This document shows, one piece after another, positions 30,838-39,692 of a DNA stretch of 64,000 bases. Under the pieces are notes generated by a model. It did no database searches. It was not told the origin of the DNA and worked only from the letters and a program-made list of their open reading frames with translations. Made by a program: the position numbers and the translations under genes. This stretch comes from a virus (Duplodnaviria > Caudoviricetes). Position 1 is the first letter of the stretch. Each line of letters starts with the position of its first letter. The stretch spans positions 1 through 64,000 of IMG/VR virus record IMGVR_UViG_3300032218_002273; one strand, given 5' to 3'.

Positions 30838-31479
30838 TTAGTCTCCTTAATAATTTCTCTAGCTAACCTACCACCATACACATCAATGTAATCCATTTCA
30901 ACTTCTTGTGTAAGATCTTTCTTAATAATATATGATCCGAACTCTCCCATACTCCAATTATCTTTGTTAGCATAGAAGTTTAAGGCGGCTGAAAGCTTTC
31001 TATTTTGTTCTTTAATAGCTATGATTCTTTTGATTAATTCAGATCTATCCATAGACTTTTCATTCTCGTCTACAAATCCACCATCCATTCTTAAACCTAT
31101 ATATGTATTCATAATCCTCCAAGAAGTAGAGACGGTTTTTATAACTATCAAAAGCCGACAAAAACGAGAGGTTTATATTTACTTGGGCCTCTAGTCCAAA
31201 TTGGAATTAACCAATAACTGCTGTAACAGTAGATAAGATAAACTCTAACTTACCACCCTCTGAAAAGTTAGCTAATCTTCTCTCACCTTCTTCTTCTGAA
31301 ATAACCCCACGCTTGACTAAGCCTTCAATGTGTTCTGCCATTGGAGTAATAAATAACTTGGCACCTGCAGGTAGGTTAGCATCTTTGTTAAACTTAATGT
31401 AGTTGCCATTATCCCCACGCAATACAGATGCAACTTCATTGATGTAAACTTTTTTACCTTGTGATTTCTTTGTAGACAT
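30819..31479 (-). other. Two hypothetical genes (about 30819-31113 and 31207-31479)
   Basis: ORFs between ERF and the primase; the second is an SSB candidate by position only. Confidence 0.5.
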
Positions 31480-31481
31480 TT

Positions 31482-32063
31482 TTAGATTCCTCCGTTAGAT
31501 ACGTTTCGTTTAAATGATGATGTTGTCTTTGTAGGTTTGTCAGTAGCTACCACTACGTCTTTAGTAGTGACTGCTTCCGACACAGTTGTAGATGCAGCTT
31601 TCTTATCAGCGAATGATTTCTTATCATCTCCTGTAGCTGATGAAGCGTCGTTATCTTCTGATGCCATTCCTAAAATAGCTTGCAAAGAATATCTACGCAA
31701 GTATGAAAGAGCTGCTCCTGCCTTTTGAGTATCGTTCACTCCTCTCATCTCAGGGATTCTAATAGAACCCTCAGAAGAAATAAACTGTCCGCTAGAGTGT
31801 AGCAGGATAGTAGTAACTCCGATTGTTTCTAATACATTCATTGTACCATTTGATTCATAATCAATAGTTGAGCTAGTTTTACCTACAAGCTGTGTAAAAG
31901 ATAAACCATGCTTAGGTAATACCTTCTTAGCTTCCTCAATAACTGTAGCTAGATCTGAGTAGTTATATCCATGCCCCTTACTATCTTTCTTAGCTGATGT
32001 TAGTTCTGCTTGAGCTTTAGCTAAGGCTGTAGCTAACTCGTTAATTTGATCTGACTTCTGCAT
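31482..32063 (-). CDS. erf: ERF-family ssDNA annealing protein
   Basis: INELATALAKAQ...KKDSKG..YNYSDL...TQKAGAALSYLRRYSLQAILGMASEDNDA. Confidence 0.9.
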   Translation of the reverse strand: MQKSDQINELATALAKAQAELTSAKKDSKGHGYNYSDLATVIEEAKKVLPKHGLSFTQLVGKTSSTIDYESNGTMNVLETIGVTTILLHSSGQFISSEGSIRIPEMRGVNDTQKAGAALSYLRRYSLQAILGMASEDNDASSATGDDKKSFADKKAASTTVSEAVTTKDVVVATDKPTKTTSSFKRNVSNGGI

Positions 32064-32482
32064 TTCTTTCTCCTATTTGTTTTGCTACATTTAAAGTAGC
32101 ATTAATTGCAAGGATGATTATACTTAATATCTCTGATGTTTGCAACACATCTTTGTGACCTAAAATAAAACTTGCTGTGAAAATAATCATCATAGTTATT
32201 AGTAAGGAATCTATTACATCTAAAAATTTACTCTTATTCATTTTAAATAATTCCCCCCTCTTCTAAGGAATCTATATCTTCATCAAGCTTTTTTACTTCT
32301 TCACTTAATGCACTTAACATAATCTTAGCATCTTCTGATAATTGATTAGGCTCGGAAAGCTGTAGCCCTTTGTCTGCAGATTTAAGTAATACTTTAATAG
32401 CATCGCTTTGTCTTTTTAATGTCCAATCAGAAATGTCATTACTCATTTGTAGTCTCCTCTTGTTGATTATATTGAGCATCAT
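32041..32482 (-). other. Two small genes (32041-32241 membrane protein; 32243-32482)
   Basis: Short ORFs; the first has two hydrophobic helices. Confidence 0.5.
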
Positions 32483-32493
32483 CTGCTCCGTTA

Positions 32494-33363
32494 TTATTTT
32501 TCTTCTTTAACATATAAACCATCTGTGGAATCTTTCCAACAGTATCCATAATAATCGCATCTCTTACCAAATGCAAAACATTTTTTCTTAGGTTGTTTTT
32601 TAAATTTTTCAGACTTGATGTTCTGTATGGTTTGTGCGAACTCGTCTAATACTTCTTCTTGTAGTTCTGCAGGAACTTCTCCAACAATACATTGAGTAGC
32701 GTAATTCTTTTTGTTCATGGTTAAGAAACCTGCATACTTTACATCTTCTGCAAAAGTATACAAAGCTGTCTGATGCTTTGTCATATAGCTATTCTGTGGG
32801 TATGGAGTGCTTGTGGATTTGTTATCTAGGATAGCTCTGACAACTTGCCCGTTATCTAACTCTATCTCTGCCTCTAAGTCTATGATGCCAGTAATAGTAT
32901 CATCAGTAGTAGTTCCATCGTCCGACATTCCTAGTAAGCTTATTTCTTTCTGAATAGAAATAACCTTTTTGATTCTGGGCAACAATTCTTTATAATAGGA
33001 ATCCAATAACTTAAGTCCTTTGTAGTGCATTGATAGCCAGTTAGCTCTGTGATCTCTTAGCTTGTCATCTTGAATAGAATCTAAATCAGCACAATCTTTT
33101 TCAGACAGTAACTCCATATCCAAATCAGACTTGTAGTAATCTATAATGGGTTTGTGTTCATACTCTGCCCATTCCATCCAGAAGATAGACTTAGCTTGAT
33201 CTAAATCTTTATGCTCAAGTAAGTGATTCAAAGCATCGTCTAATGCACTACCAAATACTAAGGCTGAACCAATTCTCTCAGGACGAATCTTATCTATGTA
33301 ATGTAACTTGTACATCATAGAACATTGAGAGTACTTTTCTTTTCCTGAGAAACTAATCTTCAT
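32494..33363 (-). CDS. PD-(D/E)XK exonuclease (Cas4/AddB-like)
   Basis: SFSGKEKYSQC...GIIDL...LDNKST...QTALY...C....RCDYYGYC; adjacent to ERF. Confidence 0.8.
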   Translation of the reverse strand: MKISFSGKEKYSQCSMMYKLHYIDKIRPERIGSALVFGSALDDALNHLLEHKDLDQAKSIFWMEWAEYEHKPIIDYYKSDLDMELLSEKDCADLDSIQDDKLRDHRANWLSMHYKGLKLLDSYYKELLPRIKKVISIQKEISLLGMSDDGTTTDDTITGIIDLEAEIELDNGQVVRAILDNKSTSTPYPQNSYMTKHQTALYTFAEDVKYAGFLTMNKKNYATQCIVGEVPAELQEEVLDEFAQTIQNIKSEKFKKQPKKKCFAFGKRCDYYGYCWKDSTDGLYVKEEK

Positions 33364-34272
33364 TCTTCTTTTCCTTGTTTTCTAAAAATTGTACTGTTTC
33401 TCTGGTCTGTTGACGAAGAGACAAAGTTGTAATTTGCATCAAAGTTGATATTTACTGAGTCTCTAATACATACGCATAAAACTGTTCCAGCTTTTACAGA
33501 AGGATCGTCGATAAAATCAGGGTCAGTATATTCTTTGTACTCTACGCCAAATTCATTTAACAATCGAACAAGCTTTCCATAGTCTGTAAAAAGATCACGC
33601 AATCTAGCATTTTCTTTTTCTAGTTCTTTTAGTTTTTTTTCTAATTGTATTGAATAATCTACTGAATTTTTAGCTATAATAAAAACATCTTTATTTATTA
33701 TCATTCTTCACTTCCTTGATATAAATCTATACACTCTACTTTATAATAACTTACAAATACTACATAGCCATCATCAACTTCTTGTATATCAAAAAGAGTA
33801 TTTGATTTGTCTCTTATACGTTTTTCTTTTTCGGAGTGTTGTTTAGCTAGAGCTAAACATTTATCCCTAGCATCTTCTTTATTTGTAAATGCGGCAACTA
33901 AACTACCACCCTTAGTTGCAATAAATATTTTTGTTACGCTCATCGCCCCTCCATTAAACTGGCTGATACAACACCAACCAAACCACCATAATAACAAAAG
34001 GCACCACGCTATATTTTAACGGACGCTTCGCAAATAGACATGCTACCCCCAGCATGGCAAAGCCCCATAATAATATCGTAGACTTAATAATTATATCTAG
34101 CACGACTGACTCCTCCAAAGATTACCATCAGTGCAAACCATGTAGCACTAAGAATACCATAAGATAAAGATAAAGAAAAGTCCGACATAAGTAATCCATA
34201 CATCGCAACTAATCCAGTGGATACAAAACTAAATGCTGATATAAAAGATACAATGTGCATTAATGTTTTCAT
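33360..34272 (-). other. Small hypothetical and membrane genes (33360-33704, 33701-about 33943, a roughly 50-aa hydrophobic ORF, 34084-34272)
   Basis: Coupled short ORFs, several of them hydrophobic. Confidence 0.5.
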
Positions 34273-34628
34273 ATAAAATCCCCCATCTCTACTAGACTTA
34301 ATAAATATTCTAAATGAGCAAAGGCTTGCGCTCTAGATGGAAACTTTCTTTTCTCTAATAGAAATACATTAGGCATAGTTCCCTCTGACATAACCTCTGT
34401 TCTAAATAATATAACTTCATTATCATTACTGACACCCACCGAAGTAAATACTTTCCCTCTTACATGATTCTTACTAGAAGGCATCTCTACTAATTTATTA
34501 GCTTGGCTAGATTCCTCTGCACTTAATTCCTGATTAGGAGATTTAATGTTAGCACCACCATCATTAAGATAAGCAATAAGATCCTTTGCCTTTACTCCAA
34601 GTTCTTTAGCCTTCTCGTGTAGCTTCAT
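34269..34628 (-). CDS. Protein with an IF2 N-terminal-like domain
   Basis: MKLHEKAKELGVKAKDLIAYL....ANIKSPNQEL matches the IF2-N pattern (RVHELAKELG...ELL..L......VKS..S.L). Confidence 0.6.
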   Translation of the reverse strand: MKLHEKAKELGVKAKDLIAYLNDGGANIKSPNQELSAEESSQANKLVEMPSSKNHVRGKVFTSVGVSNDNEVILFRTEVMSEGTMPNVFLLEKRKFPSRAQAFAHLEYLLSLVEMGDFI

Positions 34629-34845
34629 CTTTACTCTCCTTTGATTTAATTATACTCTGTACTTTTTCTTTCATAGCATCATCAAACAACTTAACTCTAT
34701 TGTCATTCTCTCGTATGTGATTGATTGCTGATTGAAGCTTAGCTCTATCAAAGAAATCTTCGGGCATATGAAATTCATTAGTGTCAAAGTTTATCTGATT
34801 CATAATTGTTTGTATCGCTGTTAATGTATCCATGCTAATCCTCAT
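34606..34845 (-). CDS. Hypothetical protein
   Basis: 79-aa ORF. Confidence 0.5.
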   Translation of the reverse strand: MRISMDTLTAIQTIMNQINFDTNEFHMPEDFFDRAKLQSAINHIRENDNRVKLFDDAMKEKVQSIIKSKESKDEATREG

Positions 34846-34949
34846 CTTCTTCTAACATTTCAAAACAGTTATCACATACTCTCCACCCATGGTCATACTT
34901 CCATAATGTTGGAAACTCATCACCACATTCATCACATATTAAAACTAAA

Positions 34950-35327
34950 TCATCTTCCTCTGAGTCTTTCATTTATTCTACTCCTGTTTATTTCTAAAGC
35001 TTCTTGTGTTGGAGCATAATCATTCATGTACTCGCTATCACAATCAAAGATAGTGGAGTCTCTGTATGTAGGATTATAGCCCCTTTGTAACATCTCGTCA
35101 ACTAAAGATTCAAATCTCTTTTTAAGAAACTCCATCTTATCGAAAAAGAATTTAACATGCCCCTTACCTAATACATACTGTTTAGGTATCTCTTCTAAAC
35201 TAAAAGGCTTACTCTTTCTATTTAAGGCTATCCTTAAATTCTTTGGTAGCCTCGTGATCTCACGATACTCTGCTACCAAGTGTTTAGTAGATAGCTCTTT
35301 AGGTTGCACTAAGTTTATTCGTGTCAT
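34950..35327 (-). CDS. denV: Pyrimidine-dimer DNA glycosylase (T4 endonuclease V family)
   Basis: MTRINLV...HLVAEYREITR...YVLGKGHVKFFFDK...SRINERL. Confidence 0.92.
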   Translation of the reverse strand: MTRINLVQPKELSTKHLVAEYREITRLPKNLRIALNRKSKPFSLEEIPKQYVLGKGHVKFFFDKMEFLKKRFESLVDEMLQRGYNPTYRDSTIFDCDSEYMNDYAPTQEALEINRSRINERLRGR

Positions 35328-35334
35328 ATATCTC

Positions 35335-35737
35335 CTAGATTATTGGGGCTAAGATTCCTTCAATGTCATAGGCTGTTAAGGTTGTTAATGTTTCAAAGTC
35401 TTGATCCATCTTAACAGAGATAGCATTATCATCTTCTAGATAAATGATTGCCTCTTCTGTATTTGGGGAAGTTAGTATCATGGATATTTTATTTATATTA
35501 ACAAAACATACATCATTATCTGTGTCTGTTAATTTTATTAATGTTACTCCTAGCATTTTCCATTCTCCTTTCATAAGGTCGTTTAGGTTTAGGTACATAA
35601 TCAAAGTTGACACGCATATTTCTTTCGAATCTTTTTTCATCTAGATATTCTAGTAGACAAAGAAATAATATAAATCCCACTATGATATACCAATCGTGAT
35701 CTATGAAGTGCGCTAAATCTTTAGCGATCTCTTGCAT
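35335..35737 (-). other. Two hypothetical genes (35335-about 35556; 35516-35737, membrane)
   Basis: Short ORFs with RBS-like purine tracts. Confidence 0.45.
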
Positions 35738-35976
35738 TAAAAATCCCCCAACACATCATGCGATTGAATTAGTTTAAGACACTCACTAGTAGGAATGTTC
35801 AATCTGCTAATAGCAGTCCTAAGTATTTGAGATGTTATGTCAGATCTATTCTTATGGCTAATAACCTGCAACTGTTCCCCATTCCTTACTAACTGTATAA
35901 CTTCTTTTAAAGTAATATACTTGCTATCGTTTCTGTCATATAACTTTCTGTTGCCATAATAAGTAACTACTCTCAT
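35737..35976 (-). CDS. PhaR/PhbF-like DNA-binding domain protein
   Basis: YGNRKLYDRNDSKYITLKEVIQLVRNGEQLQVI...DITSQIL matches the PHB-accumulation regulator N-terminal domain (YPNRRLYDT..S.YITL..I..LV..G....V.D.K...DIT...L). Confidence 0.8.
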   Translation of the reverse strand: MRVVTYYGNRKLYDRNDSKYITLKEVIQLVRNGEQLQVISHKNRSDITSQILRTAISRLNIPTSECLKLIQSHDVLGDF

Positions 35977-35985
35977 AAGTTTCTC

Positions 35986-36303
35986 CTATAATTTAATTTG
36001 ATTTAATGCAGACATTACTAGATCTTGTGTCTGTCTGTTATATAAAAATACTTCCTGCAAAGTTAAGATGACTTGCCCCATGTCAATCTCTTGTGGGTAG
36101 ATATACTTAGAGCCAGCTCCAACTCTATCTCTAGAAATAAGTCCAGCCTTCTTTAGCTTAGTTAAGTTTCTTCCAACCATATCCTCATTCAACTGAGCAT
36201 AGTAACATACATCACTAACAGACATATCTTTAAATCGTTCTGTTCTCATAGCTTTAATAAACTCGATAGTTTGTATTGTATCTGACCTCAGCTTCATTAC
36301 CAT
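35986..36303 (-). CDS. Winged-helix DNA-binding protein
   Basis: MSVSDVCYYAQLNEDMVGRNLTKLKKAGLISR wHTH pattern. Confidence 0.55.
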   Translation of the reverse strand: MVMKLRSDTIQTIEFIKAMRTERFKDMSVSDVCYYAQLNEDMVGRNLTKLKKAGLISRDRVGAGSKYIYPQEIDMGQVILTLQEVFLYNRQTQDLVMSALNQIKL

Positions 36304-36762
36304 TCCTCCCCTTGTAAGTTACCTTCTAAGTCATACTCTGAATCATCTTCCAGTAGAATTTGTTTAGCATCTAAAAACATAAACCTTTTATCATCTTCCG
36401 TAACATCTTTACTACGAGATACTAACTCATCTACATAATCTGAGCAAGCTTTTAATTGTGCCTTGTAAGGCAAGTGTTTGAACTTCATACTAATCCTCGA
36501 ATGTTACAGTCTTACCTTCAAAAGTAATTCTCTCTAGGGTGTTCAAGTTAATAGTTCGGTATGCTTTCTTCTGCATATCAAACACTACAATATGATTAAG
36601 TTCTTCGGGATCATGCTTCATCTCTCCGCCCTTGAGATGCTTAGTTACTCCTAGCATACAGTTCATTACTCTAAGGCTTCCGTCTTTCTTGGTGAATTCA
36701 ACTGTAAAAATCTTCTTACCTACTAGTTGTCTTAACTGTTCTGATTTTAATTCTGCACTCAT
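36297..36762 (-). other. Two small genes (36297-36488; 36490-36762, SH3-like phage protein)
   Basis: The second has FTVEFTKKDGSLRVMNC...VVFDMQKKAYRTI, a recurring phage beta-barrel motif. Confidence 0.5.
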
Positions 36763-37397
36763 GCTACCTCCTTAATATGTTTACCCTTAACAAAATTCTT
36801 ATGTGGTTTCTTTCTACTATGTAATACTAAACCAATCTTACCATTAGGATTTTTCCATGCCTCAGTATCATCTTCACTAGCATTAATATATCCTGCTTCA
36901 ATTAAATCTTCCAATGTTTCAAACACTTGAGAGTGTCTATGCTCATCTTCAATTACAATCTTACCGCCATTAGAATAAATAAGCACGAAGTTTTTTGGTA
37001 ATGATACTCCTTCAAAGAATGGAATTGATTTAGTGTAAGCATAGAATTGTACATGAGGTAGAGCATCCATAATCTTTAACCACTTAGATACATACTCTCT
37101 ATTATAGAAGTCTCCACTATCATGAATACGAATTGCCTGCGCTTTCTTCTTTGTGATAGCTGCTATCATAACTGTTACGAAATCATTTTGTAATGATGCT
37201 TGCAGTCTATACTCATAGGCGGCAATAACTTTTGGCCAAGCATAAGCTCCCTCTTTGGCATAACAGTTATGCGCACAAGGCCCTGCAAAAGGACAAGTAA
37301 TTAAACCTGTAGTAGACTTGTGTGCAGGTATACCGAAGTTAAATGTTCGCACACTTGCCTTCTTCATCTTATCATTCTGTGTTAATAGTTCTGGCAT
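36759..37397 (-). CDS. GP88-like protein with a three-Cys cluster
   Basis: TCPFAGPCAHNCYA, IRIHDSGDFY and QFYAYTKS motifs. Confidence 0.75.
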   Translation of the reverse strand: MPELLTQNDKMKKASVRTFNFGIPAHKSTTGLITCPFAGPCAHNCYAKEGAYAWPKVIAAYEYRLQASLQNDFVTVMIAAITKKKAQAIRIHDSGDFYNREYVSKWLKIMDALPHVQFYAYTKSIPFFEGVSLPKNFVLIYSNGGKIVIEDEHRHSQVFETLEDLIEAGYINASEDDTEAWKNPNGKIGLVLHSRKKPHKNFVKGKHIKEVA

Positions 37398-37398
37398 A

Positions 37399-37845
37399 CT
37401 AAGACTCCGTAGTTAATTTATATATACATAAGAAACTATCACTCTTAATCACTGGCAAATTTAATATAACATTTCTTTGGAATGTTCCTATCTTTGTTAT
37501 ACCATCTTTCTTTACATCTCTGCGTACAGTAATATATGCTACGCCTGATGGCAGTAAGAGTTCTTTTATCTTATTTAAAACCTTATCAGCTTCCTGCTCT
37601 TCAATTACATTCAGTACATAGTTGCATACTACAACCTCATACTGTCTGTCAGGTAGTCTGTTAAAGTAATGAGGGTCATACTTATCAAACCCTAGCGTGT
37701 CTGCATCGAACCCTCGACCACAACCATAGTCTAATACACTTGCGTGATCTGGAATTAAATTTCTTTCAATCAATTCCTTTATAGGTTTAGATAAGGTAGT
37801 TCTTTTTATTGCTGTCTTGTATGCCGTCTTATGTGCGTTACTCAT
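37399..37845 (-). CDS. Class I SAM-dependent methyltransferase
   Basis: VLDYGCGRGFD, YDP, CNYVLNVIE, AYITVR. Confidence 0.8.
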   Translation of the reverse strand: MSNAHKTAYKTAIKRTTLSKPIKELIERNLIPDHASVLDYGCGRGFDADTLGFDKYDPHYFNRLPDRQYEVVVCNYVLNVIEEQEADKVLNKIKELLLPSGVAYITVRRDVKKDGITKIGTFQRNVILNLPVIKSDSFLCIYKLTTES

Positions 37846-38559
37846 ATTCCCTCCTATAATCTTCTGTCATCTCATGATGATAATTAAGCCATGACTGATA
37901 GCATCTATTAAATTCCTTGAATTGTAAATCTAAATCTCTATCGCCAATCTGTTCTTCAATACAGTTCTCTACTGTCTCTAATACTTCCTCATCAGTAATA
38001 CTTCTCTCATTCATTACTCTCTTGCTCTGCGTTATCAATTGCTCCAGCGTCATAGTTATCCTCCCAGTATTGTTTCAAACCTTTACTGTCTTTTGTTTTT
38101 AAAATAAGATGTACAGAATCTATAGGTATTAGATAATGCTCCTCTAATGTTAAGGCATCCTTACCATATAAAAACAATAGGGTCTTTGTTAACTTCTTAG
38201 CAGATAAAATACTTAAAACATTTTCTTCTTCCATCACGACTCCAAGCATTCTATTAAAGTTTAAATTGTTAATCTACTCTATCAAACTTCCTGTCCTTAT
38301 AATCTTGAAATCTTTTTTCTGCTTCATCTTCTACACAACTATCACAAGTGTTATTGTAATCATACTCACTATTTACTATAGCTCTACCACAACACTTGCA
38401 ACTAATATAATCTTCCACACATGATTCGCAATAATAACTTCCAGCAGTAGTTTCAAATAAGTCAGAGTCTCCTTCTACTTCACCCTCACACTTATCACAA
38501 GTGCAAGGCTTCTCATTGTTATCTAATCTCCAAGCATCATAGCCTTTCCACACATCCAT
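37838..38559 (-). other. Three small genes (37838-38053, 38007-38249, 38269-38559 multi-CxxC)
   Basis: Short ORFs; the last has four Cys pairs. Confidence 0.5.
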
Positions 38560-38568
38560 AACTACTCC

Positions 38569-39363
38569 TTAACAATCACACCATTCCATTTCTTCTTCAC
38601 AGTCAGGGCAGTAAGTAGTATCATCTTCCTCGCCTTCGTTATCGTATGCAGACTTAGCCAATGTCTCTGTTCTTATACCTTTAGACTCAGCTACAACTTT
38701 AAACTTACAGACTCTCATCTTAGTTCCATTGTAGTCTGTTGGCACAGCTACTACATCAGCAGGGTCAACTTCAACATCAACAATAACTCTATCACCACCG
38801 AAAGTTTCAGCATAAGATAAGCAAGCAACATGAAGCCCATGACTACAAGTGTTATTAGGATTGTCGTCTACTTGTGATCTATCCACCTCAACAACATTAC
38901 CAATACTGTTATCCATCTTTCCTGTGTGATGATCTCTAAAGTTTTTAGTAACTGATCTATAAGCGATGAAGTTTCCTTCTGTTGTTATAGGGTGTCCGTT
39001 GTGTTCAAGGAACTGGAACAATTGTTCTCTGCTATTGAACGAAGGATTCTTATTAAGCTTTCTCCAGAATTTAATAAGAGGTTCGTAAGGCAAAGACTCG
39101 TGAAAGAATTGTAAGATTCTGTCTGATAAAGAATCAGGTAAAGGTTTGTTATCAATGAATACAACTCCCTGTCTAACATCAACACCACCTTGTCTTAATG
39201 CAAGTGTAGTGTCTACTAAGTTAGGAATGTCTGAAAGCTTTCCCGATTTAATAGCTTCAAGAATTTTATTATACCTACCATCAGTAGATGCTACATTGTG
39301 TGTAGCCCCATCAAAGTTAACAATGATACTACCAGAAAGGATTACATAATTTACATTACTCAT
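38569..39363 (-). CDS. rIIB-like protein
   Basis: GHPITTEGNFIAYRSV...DHHTGKMDNSIG..VEVDRSQVDDNPNNTCSHGLHV...VDPADVVAVPTDYNGTKMRVCKFKVV. Confidence 0.85.
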   Translation of the reverse strand: MSNVNYVILSGSIIVNFDGATHNVASTDGRYNKILEAIKSGKLSDIPNLVDTTLALRQGGVDVRQGVVFIDNKPLPDSLSDRILQFFHESLPYEPLIKFWRKLNKNPSFNSREQLFQFLEHNGHPITTEGNFIAYRSVTKNFRDHHTGKMDNSIGNVVEVDRSQVDDNPNNTCSHGLHVACLSYAETFGGDRVIVDVEVDPADVVAVPTDYNGTKMRVCKFKVVAESKGIRTETLAKSAYDNEGEEDDTTYCPDCEEEMEWCDC

Positions 39364-39371
39364 AACTCCTC

Positions 39372-39692
39372 CTACCCTATAAAGCGTTCTGTTTGTATTA
39401 TACTAGCGTCTGTAAATTCTTTAAACGTTGACCAACTTTTTAGTGTAAACTCTTCAAAAGATATACCGTTGTTACTTAGTGTTTTCTTAGCAACAATAGC
39501 TGAACGCTCAGACAACTCAAACTTAGCTATCTTCTCTTGCCCTAATAATTCTACTAGCTTGAGTGCGTGTTCTTTAGTTCTGATGTGAGCTTTTACTTCC
39601 CAACCTTCCTCTGTTTTCTTTGCACATAAAACATAATGTAAGTTGTGATTCAGTTCTATTATCGCTGAGTCTTTTATCTTAATCAATCTCAT
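39372..39692 (-). CDS. Hypothetical protein between rIIA and rIIB
   Basis: 106 aa, coupled to the rIIA stop. Confidence 0.55.
   Translation of the reverse strand: MRLIKIKDSAIIELNHNLHYVLCAKKTEEGWEVKAHIRTKEHALKLVELLGQEKIAKFELSERSAIVAKKTLSNNGISFEEFTLKSWSTFKEFTDASIIQTERFIG

Noticed and set aside
32494-33363. Cas4-like nuclease as a CRISPR component
   Set aside because: No repeat-spacer array or other cas genes; beside ERF it is best read as a recombination exonuclease.
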